Shown here piece after piece: positions 47,734 to 56,472 of a stretch of 64,000 nt of DNA (positions are counted from its first letter, which is position 1; every line of letters starts with the position of its first letter). The notes beneath the pieces are model-generated. The model did no database searches. It had not been told where the DNA came from and saw only the letters and a program-made list of their open reading frames with translations. Position numbers and translations under genes: made by a program. The DNA lies in IMG/VR virus record IMGVR_UViG_3300042907_001080, positions 124,001 through 188,000 of that record. The stretch is one strand, 5' to 3'.

Positions 47734-47750
47734 TGATAGACTGGCTTTTT
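47718..47750. terminator. Intrinsic terminator (bidirectional-type)
   Basis: aaaaagccagtc-aatgata-gactggcttttt, with A/T tracts on both sides. Confidence 0.85.
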
Positions 47751-47767
47751 AACACTTTTTGGTTGAA

Positions 47768-48625
47768 TTACTTTTGTGCTTCGCTTAGTACATCATACAT
47801 TTCAAATACGCCACCGTTGCGTTCATAGACCAACCCTGCGTATAAGTCTGCTTTCATGCCTTCGCCTAGTTTGTTACGAGCTACACGCTCTGCCCATGTA
47901 AACAGAGCTTTGTCTACAGGATCAATTTGTTGCTGGCCGCCACTTTCTTGAACCAGTTGAACCATTTGTTTGAAAGATAATTTTGTTTCTACTGATTCAG
48001 CAACTACTTTCTTAGAAGTTGTTACTGATTCATTTTTCTTACCAAAGTATTTGGCCTGCTTGTCGCTCATACCTTTCTTGCTAGCTGGCTTGTCGCCGCC
48101 CTTTTCACCGGCAGCTTTCTTCATTGGCTCTTTCTTGTCGCCGTCTTTGTCGAGGTCTAGGAAATCTGGCTTAGATCCTTCTGCCATTTTTTCTTTCTTG
48201 GCCATTTTCTTTTTCTTATCAGCAGCTTCATCTTTCTTGGCTTCTACCATTTTCATGAATTTGCTTTTAAATTCTGGTTCTACACTTTCTTTTTTGGCTT
48301 TTTTCTTTGGCTTGTCTTCGTCATCAGCTTCTTTTTCTTCACTGCCACCATAGGCCTTGCTGCTCTTGTGAACAATGCCTGTTTTTGTTTTTTCAACAGT
48401 GCCAGTAGCAATGTTTTTCTTATCGCCTACTTTCATGTCGTCCGCTTCTTTAACGTCTTCTTCAGCTTTTTTCTTAGCTTCAGCAACGTAGGTAGTGCGG
48501 CCACTTAGAACACGCAGTTGTGCGTCTTCATTTAATTGCACAGATTTTGGCAGCTCTGGTGCTTTTGGAGTATCGATTTTGCCGTCGATACTTTCTATTT
48601 TGCTGATTAACGATTTGAAGTCCAT
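47768..48625 (-). CDS. Lys/Glu-rich putative internal head/scaffold-associated protein
   Basis: Low-complexity K/E segments, many [ILV]xE sites, 'KPDFLDLDKDGDKKEPMKKA' module; late promoter upstream. Confidence 0.55.
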   Translation of the reverse strand: MDFKSLISKIESIDGKIDTPKAPELPKSVQLNEDAQLRVLSGRTTYVAEAKKKAEEDVKEADDMKVGDKKNIATGTVEKTKTGIVHKSSKAYGGSEEKEADDEDKPKKKAKKESVEPEFKSKFMKMVEAKKDEAADKKKKMAKKEKMAEGSKPDFLDLDKDGDKKEPMKKAAGEKGGDKPASKKGMSDKQAKYFGKKNESVTTSKKVVAESVETKLSFKQMVQLVQESGGQQQIDPVDKALFTWAERVARNKLGEGMKADLYAGLVYERNGGVFEMYDVLSEAQK

Positions 48626-48651
48626 GTTCACATTCCTAAAAGTGTATTATG

Positions 48652-48659
48652 TATTTATC
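48652..48659 (-). promoter_or_regulatory. Late promoter-like GATAAATA
   Basis: Overlaps the upstream stop codon and precedes 47768-48625. Confidence 0.55.
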
Positions 48660-48840
48660 TTTTTACCAAAGACCCACCAGTTAACAGATTAGTTCCCTTG
48701 AGATCTAATGCGTTTTTTGCGGTTCCGTCTTTGTTTTTTGCCGTTTTTCCGGGTTTATTTTTGTATACCGCACCTATAGCTACGTTACCAGCACTGGTAG
48801 CGCCTGCTGTTGCTGATTCTACAATTTCACGTATTTTCAT
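48655..48840 (-). CDS. Small putative internal head protein
   Basis: Starts MKIREIVE, then 'SATAGATSAGNVA'. Confidence 0.55.
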   Translation of the reverse strand: MKIREIVESATAGATSAGNVAIGAVYKNKPGKTAKNKDGTAKNALDLKGTNLLTGGSLVKR

Positions 48841-48844
48841 ACTA

Positions 48845-49165
48845 TTATTTATTCTTCTTAGCACGACCTGCTTTCATGTTAGCTAGCCAGTGCGCTAGTT
48901 GTCCTTTGCGCCCGCCTTGTTTCGCAGTTTTACGTAGACTACTTACTGATGCTTTGGTATTAATGCCGTGTCGTTTGCTGTCGCCTTTGTCCTGAGGATT
49001 CTTGCCATCCGCAAAGTTTTCTCCTACACCTCCACCATCTCCTCCACCATCTCCACTATAACCTACAGCATAGCCATAACCGCCGTAAGGACCCGGACCG
49101 TAAGCAGCCCAACGTGGCTTTTTACGTTTCTTTTTTCTTTCAACTATAAATTCACTTGCTCTCAT
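48845..49165 (-). CDS. Putative internal head protein, Gly/Tyr-rich and basic
   Basis: Starts MRASEFIVE; 'ENFADGK.P..KG.S.R' and 'AHW.ANMK.GR' modules. Confidence 0.6.
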   Translation of the reverse strand: MRASEFIVERKKKRKKPRWAAYGPGPYGGYGYAVGYSGDGGGDGGGVGENFADGKNPQDKGDSKRHGINTKASVSSLRKTAKQGGRKGQLAHWLANMKAGRAKKNK

Positions 49166-49239
49166 ACTGGGCTATAAGGATTCTTTGGAGTGTCGTATCC
49201 GTCATCATCTGGATACACTGGATAATTGTTTGGGTTCAT
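49162..49239 (-). CDS. 25-aa micropeptide, absent from the ORF track
   Basis: [25 protein letters not shown]; exactly fills the gap, with ATGA overlaps at both ends. Confidence 0.6.
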   Translation of the reverse strand: MNPNNYPVYPDDDGYDTPKNPYSPV

Positions 49240-49562
49240 ACTGAAAAACTTGATCCACACCCGCAGGTAGATTGTGCATTGGGATTACTAATAACAAACT
49301 GACTGCCCATGGCTTCTTCTTTGTAATCAATAACAGCACCTTGTAGATATTGCATACTCATTGCATCAACAAACACGTTGTATTGTTCGTTGATAGGAAA
49401 TTCAAAGTCGTCTTCGTTCTTTGTTTCGTCAAAGGTAAAGCCATAACTGAAGCCACTGCAACCGCCACCTTGCACAAAGGTGCGCAATGCCAGCTTGGGA
49501 TTATTTTCTTCTAGCAGCAAATCCATAATCTTTGATTTCGCTGATTGTGTTATTTCAACCAT
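49236..49562 (-). CDS. A-type Fe-S carrier (ErpA/IscA/HesB family)
   Basis: '[17 protein letters not shown]', 'VDAMS..YL.GA.IDY', '[13 protein letters not shown]'. Confidence 0.93.
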   Translation of the reverse strand: MVEITQSAKSKIMDLLLEENNPKLALRTFVQGGGCSGFSYGFTFDETKNEDDFEFPINEQYNVFVDAMSMQYLQGAVIDYKEEAMGSQFVISNPNAQSTCGCGSSFSV

Positions 49563-49770
49563 TTTGTTTTCCAATAGGCTTTTCGCCTGTTAAGTAAGGC
49601 AAACTAAACCATAGCTTAAACCATTCTTCGGTGCCTGGTCTTATATCATGTTTTTTCATAAGTTCACCTTTTTCATTACCAGTTATACTTATGTTACTGC
49701 CAGCATATGGTTGATATCCTTGATATTCTGTGATACCAGCTAATTTTTTCAGTTCATCTAGTTCTGACAT
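49555..49770 (-). CDS. Hypothetical protein
   Basis: '[13 protein letters not shown]...[13 protein letters not shown]'; SD AAGGAG. Confidence 0.6.
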   Translation of the reverse strand: MSELDELKKLAGITEYQGYQPYAGSNISITGNEKGELMKKHDIRPGTEEWFKLWFSLPYLTGEKPIGKQNG

Positions 49771-50122
49771 TTTTAGCTGCTCCTTTGCGATTGGCATTGG
49801 GGTCTTCACGACGTTTGCGAGCAGCAGCAGTGGCACGACCTTTCTTGCCTAGTGCGTGAGCCTTGCTCTGTGGTAGACACTTAGGCTTGCCTTCTTTCTC
49901 ACTGTCTCTAGCACAGTCGCCACGTATCTTGCCATCTGGTCCAAAGCGGACCCATTTGTCTTTGAACCACTGACGCAGATTTTCATCTATGGGTGCTATG
50001 TCTTCTGATTTTTTACGACCTTGGCAGTGAGCTCGTTGACTAAACCCTTTGGGGTTAGAACAGTTTATGGACTTTTTATATTTTTTAGTCCACTTCTCAG
50101 TGACAAACTCATATGCTCTCAC
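49754..50122 (-). CDS. Putative internal head protein, basic and Cys-containing
   Basis: Starts MRAYEFVTE; modules 'KW.KKYKKSINCSNPKGFSQRAHC' and 'LRQWFKDKWV...KPKCLP'. Confidence 0.6.
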   Translation of the reverse strand: MRAYEFVTEKWTKKYKKSINCSNPKGFSQRAHCQGRKKSEDIAPIDENLRQWFKDKWVRFGPDGKIRGDCARDSEKEGKPKCLPQSKAHALGKKGRATAAARKRREDPNANRKGAAKNVRTR

Positions 50123-50499
50123 TTCTTCTTGCCCTTGCCATAATTAGCAGCACCTGCTTTGCGACACTGTACCAATCGTCCTGACGCATAGGCACTGGGC
50201 CAAACCTTGGACGAAGCTTTGATCTTGTGATAGCAGGCATCTTTCTTGCCTTCTTCAAGTTGGTCTTCTGAGACCATGTCTCCGTGACATATAGGGCATA
50301 CACCTGCTTCTATGTAGTCTTGAAGACTTTTACCTTCCGCTACATCTTGCTCCATAGGAATCAAATCTTTCTTATGTTTAGTGTCGCCCTGTTTCTCTGC
50401 CCGCTTTTTATCTTTGTGAGCGCCAGCACCTGCGCTTTTAGAATTTTTAGCAACAAAGTTTCTAGGCCGGCTGGCTGGTATAATGTCTTTGGCTCTCAT
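50119..50499 (-). CDS. Putative internal head protein
   Basis: Modules 'RNFVAK...AGAHKDKK', 'CPIC' and 'DACYHKIK..KVWPSAYASGRLVQCRK', separated by VAE/LEE. Confidence 0.6.
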   Translation of the reverse strand: MRAKDIIPASRPRNFVAKNSKSAGAGAHKDKKRAEKQGDTKHKKDLIPMEQDVAEGKSLQDYIEAGVCPICHGDMVSEDQLEEGKKDACYHKIKASSKVWPSAYASGRLVQCRKAGAANYGKGKKK

Positions 50500-51641
50500 A
50501 CTGTAATACCTCTTGATCGTATTCCGCCCTTGCTTTTGATTTTACCTAGCTCTTCGAGCGCATGACGAATTTGTTCCATGTTCATTTTCAGTTCTTCAAA
50601 CTGACGAGCCATGATTTGCCATTCACCCGGACTGGCGTTTTCTGCCCGAGCTGCAAGATCTTTTAATTGACCAGCAGCACGTAGCATACGATATTTTAAT
50701 TTAGCAGGATTGCTGCCAGTACCATATATCATTGGATCCATGGGATCGCTGGGATCCATTTCAATTGGAGCTTCTTTGACTTCTTCTTTCTTTTTAGGAT
50801 ATCCGTGTTTGATATTTAACGTATATCCCTGCAGTCCTTGTTTATCTAAAACTCCGCTGATAAATTTTTCTGCTTCTCTAGCATTATCGAATTTATCACC
50901 TAAATTATATTTTCTAACCTCGCCGTCAATCATTACATAGGCAATGGTGATAGGCTTAACAGGTTCTTCTGCTGCCTGAGCAGGACTTCCTAAAAGATTG
51001 GCGGCGGCCAATGCTGCACCAGCAGCTTTGCTTTTCCAGCCTTCTTCTACTTCGCCCTTGATTCCCATGCCTTTTCTCACAGCAGCGAACAACGGTTTGG
51101 ACAACTCGCCTGCGCCAGTGGATTCTTGGAATGCTTCGAAATCATTATTAGCTGCTGCTGCTCTTGCACCGCTGGCGCTGACTCCTGCTACACCTTCGGC
51201 ACCGTCTTCACGGTCTCCGCTGCTGGCAAAATCAATTACGTCAAACTTATAAAAACCATGTGCTTTGCCTTCGACACCGTTGTATTGTGTGAGAAGGCTT
51301 TTCATGTCTTCTAGGCGATCTGAGCCTGCTACGAAGGTAACTGCGTTGTAACCCTGCTCATGTAGGTAGCTGGCCACCTTGCCGATGGTGTTTAATGCTG
51401 CATTCTCTACAACATCCTTGGCATACTGGGGGAACATTTCCTTAATGAATTTGATCTTGGTAGCATAGTCCAATGGGTTTTTCTTTTTGTCTTGACTTTG
51501 GCTGACAAAAATTTTCATTTCTCCGCCTTGGCTTTTCATGGTATCTAATACCTGTTTGTGACCAATGGTAGGTGGATTCATTCTGCCAAAGCAGAATGTC
51601 ACATGTTTGGTTCCGGCTTCGAACAATTCATTTAACAGCAT
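50496..51641 (-). CDS. Cytidylyltransferase-like (HIGH) nucleotidyltransferase with modular C-terminal extension
   Basis: 'FGRMNPPTIGH', 'KNPL', 'VAGSDR', 'VSAS.AR'; N-terminus MLLNELFE. Confidence 0.8.
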   Translation of the reverse strand: MLLNELFEAGTKHVTFCFGRMNPPTIGHKQVLDTMKSQGGEMKIFVSQSQDKKKNPLDYATKIKFIKEMFPQYAKDVVENAALNTIGKVASYLHEQGYNAVTFVAGSDRLEDMKSLLTQYNGVEGKAHGFYKFDVIDFASSGDREDGAEGVAGVSASGARAAAANNDFEAFQESTGAGELSKPLFAAVRKGMGIKGEVEEGWKSKAAGAALAAANLLGSPAQAAEEPVKPITIAYVMIDGEVRKYNLGDKFDNAREAEKFISGVLDKQGLQGYTLNIKHGYPKKKEEVKEAPIEMDPSDPMDPMIYGTGSNPAKLKYRMLRAAGQLKDLAARAENASPGEWQIMARQFEELKMNMEQIRHALEELGKIKSKGGIRSRGITV

Positions 51642-51976
51642 TAATCGTAGTCGCCTTTTTCTATGTGTTTTTCTTGCTCACCGGCAATACGTTTGGCCAA
51701 GTCTATGAGCTTGTCTTTGGGAAACTTTTGTTCCGCATCGTCGATATCGTATTTGTCGCAATAATGACCCATGCACTTTTCTAATGGTCGGATGTAGACC
51801 TTGAATACATTGGGATTGCCTCTGTGCTCGCGATGACGTTTCACCGCAGGGAAAAAATACTGGTCCAGCATTTTTGAATCGTTGTCGATGAAAAATTTTA
51901 AATCATCCAACCAATCGATTTCTTGTTGTTCGTCTTTGGGTGCGCCAATGGCACTGAACATTTCTTTTAATAACAT
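51641..51976 (-). CDS. Hypothetical protein
   Basis: 111 aa starting MLLKEMF; TAATG overlaps. Confidence 0.6.
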   Translation of the reverse strand: MLLKEMFSAIGAPKDEQQEIDWLDDLKFFIDNDSKMLDQYFFPAVKRHREHRGNPNVFKVYIRPLEKCMGHYCDKYDIDDAEQKFPKDKLIDLAKRIAGEQEKHIEKGDYD

Positions 51977-53052
51977 TACCAGCTCCGGCAAGACCAGTAT
52001 CTGGCTTTATGACGAGGTCCTGGATTAGCACAATTATGACGAGCACGGAATGATTTTCTACGTGCAGGATTGGATTTTTTGATACGCATTTTCTTGTCAC
52101 CGAAGTTTACTTTGACAATGTTACCATTAGGCTTGCGAACATATACTTTGGATTTCTTGACATCACCAGCCATCTTTTTACCTAATGGAACTTCGCGGCC
52201 TTGATACTTTGCTTCGTCAACATCTCCTTCTGCTACACCTTCTTCGTATTTCTGTGCTTTCATATAATCACGAGCTGTGTCAATATAGTCCACAGCTTTG
52301 GTGATCTTACTCTGCACCCATTCTGGAAGATTGTCGTCCGCTTGTAGAATACTGTATAGTTCTTCGGCAGCACTGTCTATGGTGCGTAGATCATCCTTGG
52401 CCATGTCGCCTTCGCGATCATATTCGCCGTAGTTCACAGGTGCATCTGGATTCTCGGGACCGTGATCTTCTTTTTTTAGATACTTGTCCTTGATACGACC
52501 TTTTTCTTCTTCGTCAGCACCCTCACGCCCTGCTTTCTGTAGTGCTTCAAATCCATCTTTGCCGTATTTTTTAATACCTGTATATCTTTGTAATCCGCTT
52601 TCACCTATCTTTGTGCAGTCGTTCTTGCCGACTCTGCGATAGCCTTTCCAACAGGCCTTGCCGTGTGTGCCTTTGACTTTGTCTTCTACTAGTTCACCTT
52701 CTAAGAATTGTAAGCCTTCATTAGTCAGCATCTCTAGTGCGGTGTCATCTAATTCGATTACAATGCCATCTTCTAGAATATCTACAATAGTAGTGGCAAT
52801 CTCGTGATCTTCTGAAAAGCTGATACCAAACTCGTCACCTACTTCAAATGATTCTGCAAATCCTTTAGATTTGGCCTCTTTTTCGAGATCTGTTTTTCTT
52901 TGTGTAATTGCACTGCTGATTTCTGGATCGGTGCTAGCCACAGGATCTTTTTCAAGATCTGCCAGGGCTTTGCGTTTGGCCTGAAGATCTTCAGGATTTT
53001 TTAATGCTGTTTCGCTTACTATAGCGTCTAATTTAGATAACAGGTCTCTCAT
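51976..53052 (-). CDS. Modular putative internal head protein
   Basis: Modules separated by xxE sites; C-terminal 'KVNFGD..M.IK...P.RRKSFRARHNC...KARYWSC'; late promoter and SD. Confidence 0.6.
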   Translation of the reverse strand: MRDLLSKLDAIVSETALKNPEDLQAKRKALADLEKDPVASTDPEISSAITQRKTDLEKEAKSKGFAESFEVGDEFGISFSEDHEIATTIVDILEDGIVIELDDTALEMLTNEGLQFLEGELVEDKVKGTHGKACWKGYRRVGKNDCTKIGESGLQRYTGIKKYGKDGFEALQKAGREGADEEEKGRIKDKYLKKEDHGPENPDAPVNYGEYDREGDMAKDDLRTIDSAAEELYSILQADDNLPEWVQSKITKAVDYIDTARDYMKAQKYEEGVAEGDVDEAKYQGREVPLGKKMAGDVKKSKVYVRKPNGNIVKVNFGDKKMRIKKSNPARRKSFRARHNCANPGPRHKARYWSCRSW

Positions 53053-53076
53053 AGTATTCCTCTCGAGGTCATACTA

Positions 53077-53084
53077 TATTTATC
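53077..53084 (-). promoter_or_regulatory. Late promoter-like GATAAATA heading the internal-protein cluster
   Basis: Intergenic; context GACGATAAATA also occurs at 61427-61437. Confidence 0.65.
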
Positions 53085-53096
53085 GTCTCAAACAGT

Positions 53097-53462
53097 TTAG
53101 TGATTATACCGAACTTCGGTGATTATGCCCTGTTCCAGCTGATACGCCACACGTATGAACACAAATTTACCAGTGAATGTGCAGGCAGCGTTAGTAGTAA
53201 CAGGTGTGCTATCTATAGCAGTTAACACAGTGTCTGAACTATCGAGAACTACATCAACCCAGTCGTTGACACCGGGATTTAGGTCTAGAGTGGCCTGTAT
53301 TTTAATGCTGCCCTTGAAATTATTCAGCTCAAAAGTCATAGTATGCACACCGTTACCGTTTTTGTAATAGCCTGCACCTATGTGTTTTTCGCCGTATTGC
53401 CACGTAGAGGGCTGACTATCGTCAGTGATATTTGATAATAATACTATGGTTTCTCTGCTCAT
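53097..53462 (-). CDS. Hypothetical beta-rich late protein
   Basis: About 121 aa, 4 nt after GATAAATA. Confidence 0.6.
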   Translation of the reverse strand: MSRETIVLLSNITDDSQPSTWQYGEKHIGAGYYKNGNGVHTMTFELNNFKGSIKIQATLDLNPGVNDWVDVVLDSSDTVLTAIDSTPVTTNAACTFTGKFVFIRVAYQLEQGIITEVRYNH

Positions 53463-53465
53463 CAA

Positions 53466-54149
53466 CTATTTATCGCATACTATAAAGTTATATACTCTGC
53501 CCACAACGTCAGCACCACGCAGTTTCATCATTAGCAGTGTGGATTCATCTTCAACTAATACATATCTACGGTCCCAATTCCAATCTGTGGTCAAGAACCA
53601 ACGTTCGATCGCAGGAGTGCAGGTTATTCTAGGGGCTTGTGATTTCAGCCAGGCTAGATATTTCTGTTTGCCTTCACGATCTTTGGCCATTTTATGCGGC
53701 ATGAGATACACGCGATAGCGATATCTGTCCTTGGGCAGTTTACTCACTGTGATACAGTTCTGTGAATTATTCAACACATCGAGATTGTTGATGTTGGGTT
53801 CAAATCTATGCACCAAGTAATCTTGGCTAGCTAGGCTGAGTTTTTCGTAGAACTCAGGATCGTTGGTATAAACATCTAGTCTATTCCTTTCAACCCTTGT
53901 TGCGTATGCATCTTCGTCGTAGGAACTAAAAAAGTCACAAACGCTGCTTATTATTTCTTTATTAGCTGTGGCCCTACGCCAATTATCATAATGATATCCG
54001 CTGTCACTGTTAGAATTTTCTAACCAGTCCTTGATATTTGAAATAGGCTGTGTGCGAAATATCACACAGCCGTCTATTTGCAGGCTGATTTTATATAACC
54101 ATTTGTTGTAGAACTTACGACTGGTCGATTTGGTTTTCAGTTGTAGCAT
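53466..54149 (-). CDS. Hypothetical protein
   Basis: About 227 aa overlapping the clpA 3' end. Confidence 0.6.
   Translation of the reverse strand: MLQLKTKSTSRKFYNKWLYKISLQIDGCVIFRTQPISNIKDWLENSNSDSGYHYDNWRRATANKEIISSVCDFFSSYDEDAYATRVERNRLDVYTNDPEFYEKLSLASQDYLVHRFEPNINNLDVLNNSQNCITVSKLPKDRYRYRVYLMPHKMAKDREGKQKYLAWLKSQAPRITCTPAIERWFLTTDWNWDRRYVLVEDESTLLMMKLRGADVVGRVYNFIVCDK
53467..53474 (-). promoter_or_regulatory. Late promoter-like GATAAATA
   Basis: 4 nt before the ATG at 53462. Confidence 0.55.
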
Positions 54150-56472
54150 CTTGTTCTTGTGTATTTGCTGCTTCAGCAATTCGTTGCGCCCTAAGAGCTT
54201 TTCTTTCTTCCTTGGTCAACGGTTTTGGTATCTCAACCACTGTGAAATCCAATTTGTCATCGATGATATCCACGGTAACTCTTCCACCATTTACTAGATC
54301 ACCGAACAGCACTCTGCGACTTAGTGGGCTCTTGATTTCATTGTCGATGATTCGTGCCAATGGTCTAGCACCCATCTTCTTGTCGTAGCCTCGATCTGCT
54401 AGCCAACGTGTGGCCTTGGCGTTAACCACGATCTCAATGCCTTTGTCTTTTAATTGACTGTTGAGATCAGCCACAAACTTCTTGACGATCTGGATCACAG
54501 TATCGCCACTGAGTTTAGAGAACTTGATTACAGCATCTAGTCTATTGCGGAATTCTGGGCTGAAATGTTTCTTAATGGCTCTGTCATCTTCGCCATCACG
54601 TTCTAGTTCGCCAAATCCGATGGTGTTGAGTTCGTTGTCAGCGGCTCCGAGATTTGACGTCATAATCAAAATAGTATTACGACCGTCTGCTACTTTGCCA
54701 TTGGATCCGGTGATAAAACCATTGTCCATGAACGCTAGAAGAATATTCATAACATCCGGATGAGCTTTTTCAACTTCGTCTAATAGTAAGATAGCGTTGG
54801 GTGTTTCTTGTAGTTTGGTGATCAACATACCAGCATTATCTTCGTAACCAACATAACCCGGAGGAGCACCAATTAATCTTGCTACTGAATGCTTTTCCTG
54901 ATACTCACCCATGTCAAATCGGATTAACTGCATACCCATTTTATCTGATAATTGTTTAGCAGTTTCGGTTTTGCCACAGCCTGTGGGTCCCAAGAATAGG
55001 AATGACCCAATAGGCTTGTTAGGTGCCTTCATGCCAGCCTGACTCACAAAGATTTTATCTAACAATGTATCTACAGCATTATCTTGTCCGTAGACCACAC
55101 CCTTCATCTGAGTGTCTAACTCTGAAAGATTTTTGCTTTCTTTTTGCGCCACGGTTTCTAATGGCATGTTAATCATCTTACTGAGTTCGTAGGTGACCTG
55201 TTCGATGTCTACAATCTGTGTAACACCTTCCATGCCCTCATCATCTTTGAGCTTATATCTAGCACAGGCACAGTCAATAATATCAATAGCCTTGTCAGGC
55301 AGTTTTTTATCACTCATATATTTGACACTGAGCTTAACTGCTTGTTCGATGGCTGCATCGGATATTTTTACATTGTGATGTTGCTCGTAGTATTTCTTTA
55401 GACCTTTAAGGATCTTCACAGCCATTTCTGGTGTAGGCTCTTCAACGGTCACACGTTGGAATCGACGCATCAGCGCACGATCGCCTTCGAAGTGCTTGCG
55501 ATATTCTTCCCATGTGGTAGATGCTATCAGCTTGAGAACACCTTTGGTAAGTATGGGTTTCAACATATTGGCCATGTCGTTTGAACTGCCATTTGCAGCA
55601 CCCGCACCGTTCATCATGTGTGCTTCGTCGATGAACAAGATGATCTTGCCTTTTTTCTCTAGTGCAGCCAACACCGCTTTAACTCGTTCTTCGAAATCAC
55701 CACGATACTTTGATCCTGCTAGGAGAGCACTGATGTCCAAAGTATAGACTTGATGGTCCTTGATAAATTTAGGAACCTTGCCTTCGTGAATCTTACGAGC
55801 AATGCCCTCAGCAATAGCAGTTTTACCCACTCCGGGATCACCTACCATTAACACGTTGGCCTTGTTTCGACGTGCCAATACCAATTGTATTTTTTCTATT
55901 TCGTCATCACGGCCTATTACAGGATCAAGTTTTCGCTGTTTGGCCTTGAGACTGAGATTGGTACAAAACTGATTCAATATTCGATCTATTTGATTTGAGT
56001 TCACTATTCTTGTTTCAACTTCGGCGTCTTCGGTAACCTGCACATTTTCTTGGAAATACTTTACAAACTTTTCTTTAGTCACCCCGGCCTTGGTAAGAAA
56101 GTAGTAACCGAAACTGTTTTTCTCTGACAGCACACTGATAATGATATCTGCTATCTCCATGCGCTGTCTACCGCTAAACAACACCTGTGTAAAGCAACGA
56201 TTCAACACACGTTCTACGCTGTTGGTCTTTTTAGGTTTTGCGTTGGCATTGGTAGTTTTAATATCATTGAGATTGTTTTTTAAGTAGTGTTCTATATTTG
56301 TTTTAACAAATTTAGCATCAGCACCAAAACTTTCTAATAGTTTATAAGAATCCTCATCATCCATAATGCCATAGATAATATGTTCAATGGTTATGTACTC
56401 GTGACTCAAAGTCTTGGCCATCTCTATAGATTTTTCAAAAATTTCTTGTAGGCTCTTACTGGGTTCAATCAT
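54115..56472 (-). CDS. clpA: ATP-dependent Clp protease ATPase subunit ClpA
   Basis: N-domain 'HEYITIEH'; Walker A 'GDPGVGKT' and 'GPTGCGKT'; Walker B 'LFIDEAH' and 'LLDEVEKAH'; pore loops 'KYRG' and 'GYVG'; IGF loop 'TIGFG'; no ClpB middle domain. Confidence 0.92.
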   Translation of the reverse strand: MIEPSKSLQEIFEKSIEMAKTLSHEYITIEHIIYGIMDDEDSYKLLESFGADAKFVKTNIEHYLKNNLNDIKTTNANAKPKKTNSVERVLNRCFTQVLFSGRQRMEIADIIISVLSEKNSFGYYFLTKAGVTKEKFVKYFQENVQVTEDAEVETRIVNSNQIDRILNQFCTNLSLKAKQRKLDPVIGRDDEIEKIQLVLARRNKANVLMVGDPGVGKTAIAEGIARKIHEGKVPKFIKDHQVYTLDISALLAGSKYRGDFEERVKAVLAALEKKGKIILFIDEAHMMNGAGAANGSSNDMANMLKPILTKGVLKLIASTTWEEYRKHFEGDRALMRRFQRVTVEEPTPEMAVKILKGLKKYYEQHHNVKISDAAIEQAVKLSVKYMSDKKLPDKAIDIIDCACARYKLKDDEGMEGVTQIVDIEQVTYELSKMINMPLETVAQKESKNLSELDTQMKGVVYGQDNAVDTLLDKIFVSQAGMKAPNKPIGSFLFLGPTGCGKTETAKQLSDKMGMQLIRFDMGEYQEKHSVARLIGAPPGYVGYEDNAGMLITKLQETPNAILLLDEVEKAHPDVMNILLAFMDNGFITGSNGKVADGRNTILIMTSNLGAADNELNTIGFGELERDGEDDRAIKKHFSPEFRNRLDAVIKFSKLSGDTVIQIVKKFVADLNSQLKDKGIEIVVNAKATRWLADRGYDKKMGARPLARIIDNEIKSPLSRRVLFGDLVNGGRVTVDIIDDKLDFTVVEIPKPLTKEERKALRAQRIAEAANTQEQDATTENQIDQS

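Noticed and set aside
48120-48175. EF-hand calcium-binding protein (DLDKDGDKKE)
   Set aside because: A single loop-like motif in a low-complexity Lys-rich region without flanking paired helices; treated as one module of the internal protein.
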